Source of the DNA: an uncultured Acidobacteriota bacterium
GTDB taxonomy: Bacteria; Acidobacteriota; Vicinamibacteria; Vicinamibacterales; CAVPJW01
Direction: 5' to 3'
Length of the DNA: 64,000 bases
Assembly: GCA_963705525.1 (NCBI GenBank)
Contig: CAVPJW010000004.1
Span: 64,789-128,788, forward strand
Position 1 is the stretch's first letter; each line of letters begins with the position of its first letter. A program made the position numbers and the translations under genes. Below are positions 30,071 to 40,324 of this stretch, piece by piece. Below the pieces are notes generated by a model, which saw nothing but the letters and a program-made list of their open reading frames with translations, did no database searches and was not told the origin of the DNA.

Positions 30071-31234
30071 CTAGGAGATCGTCACCGTCCGCGGAAACTG
30101 CGCGTTGTCTTCGAGAAACGTCTTCTTGTCGCCGAGCTCCTCTTCGGTCGGTTGCACGCCGCCATTGACATCGGTCACGCGCGACGTCAGCTTATGCTCG
30201 CCTGGTGTGGCATCGTTCCACGAATAGGTGAAGAACTTCCACGAGTACTTGCTGCTCGTGGCGGTATCGAACGTGGCCGGTCGCCAGTCGCCCTGATCAA
30301 CCCTTACCTCGACCGACTTGAGCGGCGTGCCGTCGTTCAGTACGACGCCGAAAATCTTGTAGTCGTTCCCGGTCTTCGTCACCCGGGCGATGAACGACTT
30401 GATCCGCAAGTGGGTGATCGCCGTCTCCACCCACTTCGTCTCGCCGTTGATGACCTCGCCCTTGAGCGTGCGGTACCAGCGCACCTGATACTTGCCGACA
30501 TACGGCTCGTCCTGGATGTGAATCTCGGAGAGCCACTTGACGTTGGCAACCCCGTACCAGCCCGGAACGACCAGGCGCAGCGGCTTGCCCTGGTTGCGCG
30601 TCAGCGGTTCACCATTGAGCGCGTACGCAAGAAGCGGATCGGGCGACATCGCCTTGTCCAGCGTCAGGCTGCGACCGAACTGCTGGTTGACCGGAAACTT
30701 CTGCCCGCGGAAATCCAGTTCCTCGTCGCCGCGATCGGCGCCGAAGAACACAACCTCGCGCGCCTGAGGCGTGACGCCAGCCTTCTTGAGGAACGTGCTC
30801 AGGGGAACACCGGTCCATCGGCCGTTGCTTATCAGGCCCTGGATGGGGTGTCGATTGCCCGAGCATTCGAACCCGGCCACGACGTCGGTTCCACCCATGG
30901 CGCGCAGGTCGTCAATCGAGAACGAGCCGGCCCGCTCAACGAGACCGGAGAGCTTCAGACGGAAGGTCTGGGCGTCAACGTCCGGCTGACCGTAATGCTG
31001 GACCGTATAGAACTCATCCTTCGGCGTGAAGACCTCTTTGATCTTGCGAACGTCGATGATCTGAACGTCCGTGCCCATCTTGAGGGGCAGGTTCTCCGGC
31101 ATGTCCGCGAACGGAATGACAATCTCTTCCGCAGCCAGAGTCGGAAAGGCCCACTCTGGTATTCCAAGGATACTGACGCCGGCAAGAGCCGCACTTCCCT
31201 TGATCATTTCTCGACGAGTTGGATGATTAATCAT
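30071..31234 (-). CDS. Tat-exported sulfite-oxidase-family molybdoenzyme (Mo-pterin plus dimerisation domain)
   Basis: Twin-arginine signal TRREMIKGSAALAG, Mo-ligand region VAGFECSGN, and LRLVVPGWYGVANVKWL. Confidence 0.85.
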   Translation of the reverse strand: MINHPTRREMIKGSAALAGVSILGIPEWAFPTLAAEEIVIPFADMPENLPLKMGTDVQIIDVRKIKEVFTPKDEFYTVQHYGQPDVDAQTFRLKLSGLVERAGSFSIDDLRAMGGTDVVAGFECSGNRHPIQGLISNGRWTGVPLSTFLKKAGVTPQAREVVFFGADRGDEELDFRGQKFPVNQQFGRSLTLDKAMSPDPLLAYALNGEPLTRNQGKPLRLVVPGWYGVANVKWLSEIHIQDEPYVGKYQVRWYRTLKGEVINGETKWVETAITHLRIKSFIARVTKTGNDYKIFGVVLNDGTPLKSVEVRVDQGDWRPATFDTATSSKYSWKFFTYSWNDATPGEHKLTSRVTDVNGGVQPTEEELGDKKTFLEDNAQFPRTVTIS

Positions 31235-31317
31235 TGTGAGTCCAGTTCAATGGTCCACAGGCCAATGGCGTGGATCCGATTCATACCACGATCTGCCGGG
31301 CTTGGGCCAAGAATCCT

Positions 31318-31944
31318 TCAAAAGAGGAACGTTCGCGAGGCGGCCACGACCATGGCCAGCGTGAGCACCGCGATCGCGCACTCTCCCACAACGCCGACGG
31401 CCAACGGCCGCCAACCCTGATGCGACAACTCCCTGATGTTGGTCTTCAGTCCGACGCCTGCAAAGGTAAAGAGAAACGCCCATCGCGACAGGTTGGCGAT
31501 ATCGGTCGTTTGGGCCTTGGAAAACACGCCGGCCGTGGCCAGCACCGCGAACTTCCCCGCCGCGTCTGAAAAGAGCGCGCCCGCAGCCGTCGCCTCGGCC
31601 GTGTTGTCCACGGCCAGACCGACCCAGAGTCCGTACGCGTGATCGGTCATGCCCAATCCTCGGCCCACGAGCGGAAACACGAAGAGGCTCACCGCACCCA
31701 GGGCCAGGATGGCCGCAATCGCATACGATGCGTCTTCGTCGTCGGCGTCAATGGCGCCCTTGGCCGCGATGATCGCCGACACGCCGCAGATGGACGAGCC
31801 TATCGCCCGGCCATACGCCGCGAGCGACTGTTCGGTGAACTTACCAGCGTAGCCCACTGCGCCCAGCAGCAGGACACCGGGCAGCGCGCCAAGCAGCCGC
31901 GCGGCAAGCGAGCTCGGTGCGCTCGCGCCCGACGACGTCGCCAT
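31318..31944 (-). CDS. YeiH/UPF0324-like membrane protein, unusually short
   Basis: [15 protein letters not shown] and [16 protein letters not shown] resemble YeiH motifs. Only about 208 aa remain from the ATG at 31944, whereas family members are about 330-350 aa as I recall. Confidence 0.45.
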   Translation of the reverse strand: MATSSGASAPSSLAARLLGALPGVLLLGAVGYAGKFTEQSLAAYGRAIGSSICGVSAIIAAKGAIDADDEDASYAIAAILALGAVSLFVFPLVGRGLGMTDHAYGLWVGLAVDNTAEATAAGALFSDAAGKFAVLATAGVFSKAQTTDIANLSRWAFLFTFAGVGLKTNIRELSHQGWRPLAVGVVGECAIAVLTLAMVVAASRTFLF

Positions 31945-32225
31945 CGATGTCACCACGGAATGCCCGATACGAGGCCGAGCTTGATCAGGACGACAGCCAC
32001 TGTTGCGAGGAGGACCGCCCACCAGTCACGAGAGCGTTTCATGAGATGCGCCCGGCCCTTGAGTGTGGCGACACAAAAAAGCCCAGGAGTCGATGCGGCT
32101 CCTGGGCGGTTCTTTGGGCTGGCGAAAACTATCACGCGGCAACAGGCCGGTCAAGCAGCTGTCGGCTCCCCGCGGCCGGCTGGGATAGAATCCCCCAAAG
32201 TCCCTTTCCACGATCGAGAGATGTC

Positions 32226-33464
32226 ATGAGCCACGCCACGAGCACGATGGATCGGACATTTTCCTTCGCCGCGGAGCGGCGCTCTCTCAATCCGGGAGCC
32301 GCAGGCATCGGCGTAGCGGCCATCACTCTCTGCGCGCTCTACCTCGGTTCGGCCGTGAACCTGAGGCAGGCCCTGCTCTTTCTGGTTGGCGTCGGCGCCG
32401 GCACGGTCCTCTATCACGCGGCGTTCGGGTTCACCTCGTCGTGGCGCCTCTTCATCGCCGACGGACGCGGTGCGGGACTCCGCGCGCAGATGCTGATGCT
32501 GGCCGTTACCTGTGCCGTCTTCTTCCCGGTCCTCGGGGCGGGACACATCTTCGGTCAGGCCGCGCGCGGGTCTGTCGCGCCGGTTGGTGTGTCTGTGATT
32601 GCCGGCGCGTTCATGTTCGGCATCGGTATGCAGCTTGGCGGCGGTTGCGCGTCGGGCACTCTGTACACGGCTGGAGGCGGCAACACCCGGATGCTGGCCA
32701 CGCTGATCGCGTTCATCGCCGGCTCCGTCATCGGCACGGCGCACATGCCCTGGTGGACCGCGACGCCTGCCTTGAAGCCCATCTCGCTCGTGTCGACTCT
32801 TGGCGCCACGACGGCCCTCGTGGCGAGCTGGGTTCTCTTCGGGGGGCTCGCGCTCATCACGATCGTGATCGAACGAAGACGTCACGGCCGCCTGAGTGCC
32901 TCTTCCCCCAACCGGAGCGGCTGGCGCCGAGTGCTGCAAGGCCCGTGGTCGCTCGTGGCGGGCGCGCTGGGCCTCGCGATGGTCAACATCCTCACGCTCG
33001 CCATTTCGGGTCGGCCGTGGGGCGTGACGTCCGCCTTCGCGCTCTGGGGTGCGAAGGCGCTGAGCGCCGTCGGCGTATCCGTTGCAAGCTGGCCTTACTG
33101 GACGGCTCCGGCGCAAGCGGCGGCGCTCAAGGCCAATCTCGTCCTGGACGTCACGACGGTGATGAATGTCGGGATCATGCTGGGCGCCCTTGTCGCCGCA
33201 GCCGCGGCGGGAAAGTTTGCGCCGGCCTGGAGAGTTCCGGCGCGTTCGCTTGCGGCGGCCGTGGTTGGAGGCGTGATGCTCGGCTACGGCGCCCGCATCG
33301 CCTACGGCTGCAACATCGGGGCGTACTTCAGCGGCATCGCCTCGGGAAGCGTGCACGGATGGCTGTGGCTGGTTTCAGCCTTCGCCGGCAGCATCCTCGG
33401 GACGCGCCTCAGACCGTTCTTTGGATTGCGTGTCGAGCGGCAGGCGACCGCAACGGACAAATAG
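32226..33464 (+). CDS. YeeE/YedE-family sulfur-compound transporter (two fused halves)
   Basis: I chose the internal ATG at 32226. The motif GMQLGGGCASGTLY is in the first half and GARIAYGCNIGAYFSG in the second. The protein is hydrophobic throughout. Confidence 0.8.
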   Translation: MSHATSTMDRTFSFAAERRSLNPGAAGIGVAAITLCALYLGSAVNLRQALLFLVGVGAGTVLYHAAFGFTSSWRLFIADGRGAGLRAQMLMLAVTCAVFFPVLGAGHIFGQAARGSVAPVGVSVIAGAFMFGIGMQLGGGCASGTLYTAGGGNTRMLATLIAFIAGSVIGTAHMPWWTATPALKPISLVSTLGATTALVASWVLFGGLALITIVIERRRHGRLSASSPNRSGWRRVLQGPWSLVAGALGLAMVNILTLAISGRPWGVTSAFALWGAKALSAVGVSVASWPYWTAPAQAAALKANLVLDVTTVMNVGIMLGALVAAAAAGKFAPAWRVPARSLAAAVVGGVMLGYGARIAYGCNIGAYFSGIASGSVHGWLWLVSAFAGSILGTRLRPFFGLRVERQATATDK

Positions 33465-33479
33465 TCTCTTCCCTCTCCC

Positions 33480-35195
33480 TTACCCGAGCTGCGCCGGATG
33501 CTTCAGATGCCATCCGGTCGCTTCCTGATAGGCGCGCGCCAGCGCGGCCATCCGAGCTTCGCCGAACAGCTGACCGACGAATGTGAGGCTCGTGGGATTT
33601 CCCTTTTCGTTGAACCCGTGCGGCAGGACGATGCAGGGATGGCCCGTGAGGTTGGTGACAGACGTGTTGAGCGTGGCCACGGGATTTGGCGTGTAGTCCG
33701 CATAGTCGAACGGCACGACATACACGTCGATGTCCGACATGACGCGAGCCATCTCCCGCATCAGGAGCGCGCGCATGCGATTGGCGTTTACATATTCGGT
33801 GGCCGGCAGAAGTCGCGCGGTGTTGTGGTGTGCGACGCGATCCTGCCGCGCCAGTTGGGCGGGCTGGGTCTCGATCGGATCGTGAAGCGCCGCGCTCGCC
33901 TCGCCATAGAGAACGGTGACCAGATCGACGACGACGTTTTCGGGGAGGGCGACGTCAACGAGAGTGACGCCGAGGTGTCGAAGGGCCTCGAGCGCAGCTC
34001 TGTCGTTCGCATCGACCTGGGGAGTCTGGTTGGTGTTCGAGAAGGCCGCTTTGAGGTAGCCGACCCGCAGTCGCCGGACGTCGAGATCCGCGTTCCAGTT
34101 GAATGGCACGTCCACGACGGACAGGTCGTGGCCGTCCGGACCCTGAATGGCCGCCAGAACCATCGCGCAGTCTTCGACGCTTCGGCACATCGGTCCGATC
34201 TTGTCGAGGCTCCAGCTGAGCGCCATCACACCGTGGCGACTCACCCGGCCGAAGGTCGGCCTCAGGCCGGTGACGCCACAGATCCCAGAGGGCTCGACGA
34301 TCGATCCGCCGGTCTCCGTGCCAATCGAAAACCCGACGAGACCACCAGCGGTGGCAGAGGCCGGTCCCGCCGACGATCCCTGCGATCCCATGGAGAGGTC
34401 CCACGGATTCTTGGTCTGGCCTCCAAACCAGACGTCGTCGAGCGCTAGTTCGCCCGTGGCAAGCTTCGCGATGAGAACCGCTCCCGCATCCCGCAGACGT
34501 GACACGACGGTCGCATCGACATCGATCGTGCGGTTCTTGAACGGCGCGGCTCCCCAGGTCGTGGGATATCCTTTGGCCGCACACAGATCCTTCACGCCGT
34601 ACGGAATGCCGTGGAGAGGCCCCCGATACCGCCCCGTCGCAATCTCGCGGTCCGCTTCCTTGGCTTGCGTCAGCGCGAGCGCGTCGGTCACCGTCACTAC
34701 GCAATTCAGTTTCGGATTGAGGCGCGCGATGCGCCCGAGATACATCTCTGTGAGCTCGACCGACGTCATCTTCCTCGTGCGCACCAGTTCGGCCAGATCA
34801 GCGATGGGCCAGAATGCGGCGTCCTCGAGGCGCGCCGGTAGTCCCTTCCAGGTGGGTGTGCTGTACCTGACGGGCTGCCTGGCCCGATCGATGTCCATAC
34901 CTGGAACGATCGGATTGAAGTAAAGCGGCGGGCCGACGCTGTTATCGAGCGGCACAGCGCGGACTTTCTTGTAGAGGTCGAGCGTATCGGGCATGTCCGC
35001 CAGCATCCGATCCAACTGCTGGCCGGTAAACTCGAGACCGGCGACGGCCGCGGCGGCCGACAGCATGTCCTTCGTGATCGCCGGCGATGTCGCGTCCTGG
35101 ACCTTCGCCCAGAGAACGCCGGGGAACAGCGTGGCGCCGAGGCCAAGGCTCGAGAAATAGGAGAGAAACAGGCGGCGGTCGGATGTCAGGTTCAT
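33480..35195 (-). CDS. Tat-exported amidase-signature enzyme
   Basis: Twin-arginine signal SDRRLFLSYFSSLGLGA. Amidase signature GSSAGPASATAGGLVGFSIGTETGGSIVEPS. Confidence 0.85.
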   Translation of the reverse strand: MNLTSDRRLFLSYFSSLGLGATLFPGVLWAKVQDATSPAITKDMLSAAAAVAGLEFTGQQLDRMLADMPDTLDLYKKVRAVPLDNSVGPPLYFNPIVPGMDIDRARQPVRYSTPTWKGLPARLEDAAFWPIADLAELVRTRKMTSVELTEMYLGRIARLNPKLNCVVTVTDALALTQAKEADREIATGRYRGPLHGIPYGVKDLCAAKGYPTTWGAAPFKNRTIDVDATVVSRLRDAGAVLIAKLATGELALDDVWFGGQTKNPWDLSMGSQGSSAGPASATAGGLVGFSIGTETGGSIVEPSGICGVTGLRPTFGRVSRHGVMALSWSLDKIGPMCRSVEDCAMVLAAIQGPDGHDLSVVDVPFNWNADLDVRRLRVGYLKAAFSNTNQTPQVDANDRAALEALRHLGVTLVDVALPENVVVDLVTVLYGEASAALHDPIETQPAQLARQDRVAHHNTARLLPATEYVNANRMRALLMREMARVMSDIDVYVVPFDYADYTPNPVATLNTSVTNLTGHPCIVLPHGFNEKGNPTSLTFVGQLFGEARMAALARAYQEATGWHLKHPAQLG

Positions 35196-35248
35196 GGTTC
35201 GTTACCATACATTATGCTGGCGCCACGGACTCAGGGCGTGTTGGCGAG

Positions 35249-36976
35249 ATGCATGGCTTCGATCTGATTCTCACGCTGACTGCCGGGCTCGGCGCCGCCC
35301 TGGCGTTTGGATATCTGACCGAGCGCCTGGGCTTGTCGCCGCTCGTCGGATACCTCCTGGCGGGAACGCTGGTAGGTCCCCACACCCCCGGTTTCGTCGC
35401 CGACTCCGCGCTCGCGGATCAGCTCGCTGAGATTGGCGTCATCCTGCTGATGTTCGGCGTCGGCCTGCAGTTCCACATTGGCGAACTGCTGGCGGTGCGA
35501 CGCATCGCGGTGCCGGGCGCGATCGCGCAGAGCACGATTGCGACGGGACTTGGCGCGGCGGTGGCTCGCGCGTTCGGCTGGGGCTGGTTCGCCAGCATCG
35601 TCTTTGGCATCGCCCTGGCGGTCGCGAGCACGGTCGTCCTCGTGCGGGTCCTTGCCGACAATCGCGACCTCCACACGCCATCGGGACACATCGCCGTTGG
35701 CTGGCTGGTCGTCGAGGATCTCCTCACCGTCGTCGTGCTCGTTCTGCTGCCCGCGTTGGCCACAGAGAATGCCTCGGCGTCGAACATCCTGATCGCGCTG
35801 GCTGTGACGACGCTCAAGGTGGCGGCGCTGGTCGGTATCACGATCTACATCGGCAACCGCGCCATCCCATGGCTCCTCAACCGCATTGCCGACACACGAT
35901 CGCGTGAGCTGTTCACGCTCACCGTTCTGGTCGTCGCGCTTGGCCTTGCCGTCGGTTCAGCGATAGCGTTCGGCGTGTCGATGGCGCTCGGCGCATTCCT
36001 GGCGGGAATGGTGGTCGGGCGTTCTGATTTCAGCCTCCGTGCGGCGTCCGAAGCGCTTCCCATGCGCGACGCCTTCGCCGTCCTGTTCTTCGTATCGGTG
36101 GGGATGCTGCTCGATCCGAGGTACCTGATGCAGGCACCCGGGTTGATCCTCGCCACACTCGCCGTCGTGATGATCGGGAAACCCCTCGTGGCCTTCGTCA
36201 TGGTCCTGCTGCTCAAGCACCCGGTGCGGGTCGCGCTGTCAGTCGCTGTTGCGCTCGCGCAGATCGGCGAGTTCTCATTCCTGTTGTCAGCGCTCGGCAA
36301 GCAACTGGGCATTCTCGACTCCGCCGCCATCAATACCATCGTCGCGGTCGCGATCATTTCGATCGTGCTCAACCCTCTTCTCTACCGCGCCGTGCCGGGC
36401 GTCGATCGCTCAATCGCCAACCATCGGCGATTGTCAGGATGGCTGAACCCGGCTCGGGCTCAGAGTGCAGCCGCCGAAGGGCCGCCGGTCGATCCCGCGC
36501 ATCGTGCGGTGATTATCGGCTACGGTCCCACGGGACGAACGGTCACGCGACTCCTCCGCGACAACGGCATCGAGCCGGCCGTCATCGAGCTGAACATGAC
36601 GACCGTCCGCGAGCTTCGGGACCAGGGAATGTTGGCGGTGTACGGCGACGCCAGCCACCGCGACACCTTGAGTGCCATCGGCATCGATCGAGCCGCGAGC
36701 CTGGTGATCAGCGCGGCTGGACTGGAACAGAGCGCCGAAGTCATTCGAGCGGCGCGCGAGCTCAACCCTTCGATCTTCGTGCTGGCGCGCGTGGCCTACC
36801 TGCGCGACCTGCGCGAGTTGGGAGAGGCCGGTGCCGACATGGTGTTTTCCGGAGAGGGCGAAGTGGCGCTGGCCTTCACCGAGGCCATCCTGCATCGGCT
36901 TGGCGCGACGCCCGAGCAGATCGACCGCGAGCGCGCGCGGGTGCACGAAGAGCTCCATCGACCGGGCCCGGCGTGA
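35249..36976 (+). CDS. CPA2 K+/H+ antiporter with C-terminal TrkA-N (KefB/YbaL-like)
   Basis: I chose the internal ATG at 35249. The Kef-type membrane domain (LGLSPLVGYLLAG...) is followed by a Rossmann motif VIIGYGPTGR. Confidence 0.85.
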   Translation: MHGFDLILTLTAGLGAALAFGYLTERLGLSPLVGYLLAGTLVGPHTPGFVADSALADQLAEIGVILLMFGVGLQFHIGELLAVRRIAVPGAIAQSTIATGLGAAVARAFGWGWFASIVFGIALAVASTVVLVRVLADNRDLHTPSGHIAVGWLVVEDLLTVVVLVLLPALATENASASNILIALAVTTLKVAALVGITIYIGNRAIPWLLNRIADTRSRELFTLTVLVVALGLAVGSAIAFGVSMALGAFLAGMVVGRSDFSLRAASEALPMRDAFAVLFFVSVGMLLDPRYLMQAPGLILATLAVVMIGKPLVAFVMVLLLKHPVRVALSVAVALAQIGEFSFLLSALGKQLGILDSAAINTIVAVAIISIVLNPLLYRAVPGVDRSIANHRRLSGWLNPARAQSAAAEGPPVDPAHRAVIIGYGPTGRTVTRLLRDNGIEPAVIELNMTTVRELRDQGMLAVYGDASHRDTLSAIGIDRAASLVISAAGLEQSAEVIRAARELNPSIFVLARVAYLRDLRELGEAGADMVFSGEGEVALAFTEAILHRLGATPEQIDRERARVHEELHRPGPA

Positions 36977-37055
36977 CGAATGAACCGTCTGGTGCACAGA
37001 CTGCCTTTCCCTGCCGGGTTCCGGTAGAGTATCTGGACATCACATTGGAGGTGCT

Positions 37056-38303
37056 GTGCAGCGCATCACCGAGGCTCAGGCCGGCACGCCTCGCACCCGC
37101 ACGCGTCGGTGGTTTCTGCAGCTCGGCACCGTGCTCACCGGAGCCTTGGCGGCCTGCCGCCGGGCGCCGACGCCGGCAGGAGGTGGCGCGACGCTGCTCG
37201 GCCGGCCCATCACGCCATACGGACAGCGGTCTCGATTCGAAAAAGCTCTTCGTGTCTTTCGTCAATCGACGACGAACTCGAACGAAGCCGCCAGCAGCTT
37301 CACGCCCCTTCAGGATCTGTACGGCATCATCACGCCGTCGTCGCTTCACTTCGAACGGCATCATTCCGGCGTGCCCGACATCGATCCCGGTCAGCACCAT
37401 CTCCTGATCCACGGCCTGGTCGATCGACCGCTCACCTTCTCGCTGGATGAGATCAAACGGTTTCCGTCCCGGTCTCCCGTGCATTTCCTCGAGTGCTCGG
37501 GCAACAGCAACACGGAATGGAAGACGGCGGCTGAAAAGGACGTGCAGCACGCTCACGGGCTGACGAGCTGCAGTCAGTGGACGGGCGTTCCGCTGGCCCT
37601 CTTGCTCACCGAGTGCGGTGTGCAGCCAAATGGCACGTGGATCCTTGCCGAGGGCGCCGATGCGTGCAAGATGACGCGCAGCCTCCCGATGACCAAGGCG
37701 CTCGATGACGTGCTGGTGGCGTATGGGCAGAATGGCGAAGCGCTTCGTCCCGAGCAGGGTTATCCGCTGCGCCTTCTGGTGCCGGGCTGGGAGGGCAACA
37801 TCAATGTCAAGTGGCTGCGGCGATTGAAGGTCGTGGATCAGCCCTATATGACACGCGAGGAGACCTCGAAGTACACCGACCTGCTCCCCGACGGCACAGC
37901 GCGTCAGTTCACGTTCGTCATGGACGCCAAGTCCCTGATCACGCGTCCGTCGGGCGGTGAGCGGCTCCCGGCGCCGGGAGTATACGAGCTCACCGGACTC
38001 GCATGGTCCGGCCGGGGCACGATCACGCGCGTCGAGTACACAGTCGACGGCGGAGCCACATGGGCGGAGGCGGAACTCGAAGGGCCCGTCCTGCCGATCT
38101 CGCACACGCGATTTCGCGCGACATGGCGCTGGGATGGACGCGAGGCGATCCTCCAATCCCGATGCACTGACGATACGGGCTATCAGCAGCCGACACGCGC
38201 GGCGCTGGTGGCGATTCGGGGCACCAATTCCAACTATCACTTCAACGGCATCCAGAGCTGGCGGGTCCAGGCCGATGGCACCATACAGAGCGCCGATGCA
38301 TAA
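37056..38303 (+). CDS. Tat-exported sulfite dehydrogenase-type molybdoenzyme (SoxC/SorA-like)
   Basis: GTG start after GGAGG. RTRRWFLQLG twin-arginine signal, FLECSGNSN, LRLLVPGWEGNINVKWL. Confidence 0.85.
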   Translation: MQRITEAQAGTPRTRTRRWFLQLGTVLTGALAACRRAPTPAGGGATLLGRPITPYGQRSRFEKALRVFRQSTTNSNEAASSFTPLQDLYGIITPSSLHFERHHSGVPDIDPGQHHLLIHGLVDRPLTFSLDEIKRFPSRSPVHFLECSGNSNTEWKTAAEKDVQHAHGLTSCSQWTGVPLALLLTECGVQPNGTWILAEGADACKMTRSLPMTKALDDVLVAYGQNGEALRPEQGYPLRLLVPGWEGNINVKWLRRLKVVDQPYMTREETSKYTDLLPDGTARQFTFVMDAKSLITRPSGGERLPAPGVYELTGLAWSGRGTITRVEYTVDGGATWAEAELEGPVLPISHTRFRATWRWDGREAILQSRCTDDTGYQQPTRAALVAIRGTNSNYHFNGIQSWRVQADGTIQSADA

Positions 38304-38904
38304 CTGGTGCGTCATCACGATCTGCTCGGCCGCAGCGGCGATATTCGCATCGCCGAGCGCCGGCGCGCAGACGGTACGGTTCGGACTCGGTCACACGCCG
38401 ACTCGCGAAGAGGTCGTCGCGCTCGACATCGCCATCGGTCCGAATGGAAAGGAACTGCCTCCGGGCAGTGGGGATGCGTCCTCGGGCAAGGCCGTCTATG
38501 ACCGCCGCTGTGTGGTCTGTCATGGCGCGACGGCTCGCGAAGGACCGCAGGACATTCTCGTGGGTGGCCGAGGCACGCTGACCACCGCCAAGCCCGTCAA
38601 AACGATCGGCAGCTACTGGCCGTACGCGACGACGCTCTGGGACTATCTGAATCGCGCGATGCCGTTCGACCGGCCGGGCACGTTGACCTACGACGAGGTC
38701 TACGGGATTACGGCGTATCTGCTGTCTTTGAACGGCATCATCGGAGAGCACGACGTGATGAACGCGGAGACGCTGCCGCGCGTCAAGATGCCGAATCAGA
38801 GCGGCTTTGTGTCGGACCCGAGGCCGGATACGGACACGAAAGTCGAAGGGTCGAAGGGTCGAAAAGTCGCAGGGTCGAAAACGGGGAACGACAAATCACG
38901 ATGA
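38296..38904 (+). CDS. Mono-haem c-type cytochrome subunit (SoxD/SorB-like)
   Basis: ATG at 38296 overlaps the preceding gene by 8 nt. It has a signal peptide and the haem motif CVVCHG. The Lys/Gly-rich tail is encoded by an 8-bp repeat. Confidence 0.75.
   Translation: MHNWCVITICSAAAAIFASPSAGAQTVRFGLGHTPTREEVVALDIAIGPNGKELPPGSGDASSGKAVYDRRCVVCHGATAREGPQDILVGGRGTLTTAKPVKTIGSYWPYATTLWDYLNRAMPFDRPGTLTYDEVYGITAYLLSLNGIIGEHDVMNAETLPRVKMPNQSGFVSDPRPDTDTKVEGSKGRKVAGSKTGNDKSR
38842..38881. repeat. Five tandem 8-bp units GTCGAAGG/GTCGAAGG/GTCGAAAA/GTCGCAGG/GTCGAAAA
   Basis: Read directly from the sequence. It lies inside the last 21 codons of the cytochrome gene. Confidence 0.85.
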
Positions 38905-38910
38905 GGTGGG

Positions 38911-39846
38911 ATGGTGCAGACGCTTCTGATCGCAGCGGTCGTGCTCGGCGCAGGTTCGACGATTTCTCATTCGCGGCAAACCGCCATGTCACGACCTGAG
39001 GCGCATTCATTGTTCGGCCGGCCGTTGTACGCGCCGACGTTATCGCCGGAGCAGAAGACCAAGCTCGAGCAGGACCTTGCGCAGGCGCAGGCTGATCTGA
39101 ACAAGGCGCCATCAGACCCGGCGCGCATCGTCTGGGTGGGCCGCCGCCTCGGCTATCTCGGCCGCTATCGCGACGCGATCACGACCTATACGAAGGGCAT
39201 CGAGGCGCATCCGAATGATGCGGCGTTGTACAGGCATCGCGGGCATCGCTACATTTCGATTCGGGAATTCGACAAGGCGATTGCCGACTTCGAACGCGCC
39301 GTGACGCTCGTGAAAGGCCATCCCGACGAGGTCGAAGCCGATGGTGCACCGAACAAGTTCAACAAGCCACGGAGCACACTCCAGTCGAACATCTGGTACC
39401 ACCTTGGCCTCGCGTACTACCTCGAGGGCGATTTCGAGCGCGCGCTGACCGCCTACGTGGAGTGCATGAAGGTGTCGACGGTGAATGACGACATGCTCGT
39501 GGCGACGAGCGACTGGCTCTACATGACTTACCGGCGACTCGGCCGCGAAGCCGAGGCGCGAAAAGTGCTCGAGCCGATCACCGAAAAGATGGACATCCTG
39601 GAGAACGACACGTACCACAGGCGACTGCTGATGTACAAAGGGCTCGTCCCGCCCGACGCGCTGCTCAAGACGGAAGGGGCAAGCGACCTCGACATCGCCA
39701 CTCAGGGTTACGGCGTCGGCAATTGGTACCTGTATAACGGGCAGAAGGACAAGGCGAAGGCCATTTTCGAACGCGTCCTGAAGGGGTCTTCCTGGTCCGC
39801 GTTTGGCTATATCGCGTCAGAAGCCGACCTCAAACGAGGACTGTAG
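38911..39846 (+). CDS. TPR-repeat protein with N-terminal signal/anchor
   Basis: GAGGTGGG lies before the ATG. TPR-like helices are present (AITTYTKGIEAHPNDAALYRHRGHRYISIREFDKAIADFERAV). Confidence 0.6.
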   Translation: MVQTLLIAAVVLGAGSTISHSRQTAMSRPEAHSLFGRPLYAPTLSPEQKTKLEQDLAQAQADLNKAPSDPARIVWVGRRLGYLGRYRDAITTYTKGIEAHPNDAALYRHRGHRYISIREFDKAIADFERAVTLVKGHPDEVEADGAPNKFNKPRSTLQSNIWYHLGLAYYLEGDFERALTAYVECMKVSTVNDDMLVATSDWLYMTYRRLGREAEARKVLEPITEKMDILENDTYHRRLLMYKGLVPPDALLKTEGASDLDIATQGYGVGNWYLYNGQKDKAKAIFERVLKGSSWSAFGYIASEADLKRGL

Positions 39847-39856
39847 GAGAGACGAC

Positions 39857-40303
39857 ATGCAGCGACCGACGATGGTGACACTGGTGAAATCACTCGGAGT
39901 GCTGACCTTTGGTGCCGCATCATTCGGGGCGGGACTCGCCGCGCAATCGGCGGCCGCACCCGCAACGTTCGTCAGTCCCGGCGGCACGGAGCTGCGGGTG
40001 CTCCTGGATAAGCAGGCGCTCGGTTCTGCGGATGTGGAAGTCGGCGAACTGACGTTCCCCGCCGGAACGGATTCAGGCGAGCACGTGCACGGATCAACGG
40101 AGATCTTCTACGTGGTCTCGGGAGAACTGGAGCACACCGTCAACAGTAAGACCACCGTCCTCAAGCCGGGTATGGTGGGCTTCGTCAAGCCGCCCGACAT
40201 GGTTCGACACAAGGTCGGCCCGAGCGGCCCCACAAAGGCCGTGGTCATCTGGGTCCCGGGCGGCGAGGTGGCTCGCGTCGTTGAACGCTGGCAGTCGAGA
40301 TAG
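39857..40303 (+). CDS. Secreted cupin-domain protein
   Basis: ATG at 39857 after TAGGAGA. It has a signal peptide and the cupin motif GEHVHGSTEIFYVVSGELEHTV. Confidence 0.7.
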   Translation: MQRPTMVTLVKSLGVLTFGAASFGAGLAAQSAAAPATFVSPGGTELRVLLDKQALGSADVEVGELTFPAGTDSGEHVHGSTEIFYVVSGELEHTVNSKTTVLKPGMVGFVKPPDMVRHKVGPSGPTKAVVIWVPGGEVARVVERWQSR

Positions 40304-40324
40304 CCAGACGTCCGCTCGCCGCTC

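Noticed and set aside
28800-31420. Long plus-strand ORFs 28800..29936 and 29963..31420.
   Set aside because: They are antisense to the alpha/beta hydrolase, peroxiredoxin and SUOX-family genes, all of which carry clear catalytic motifs.
31917-32225. An N-terminal 103-aa extension of the YeeE/YedE ORF. Similar extensions occur at 35087-35248, 39803-39856, 41660-41716 and 13530-13850.
   Set aside because: The extensions overlap neighbouring genes or are compositionally non-coding. The internal starts give proper signal peptides or TM segments and have better ribosome-binding sites.
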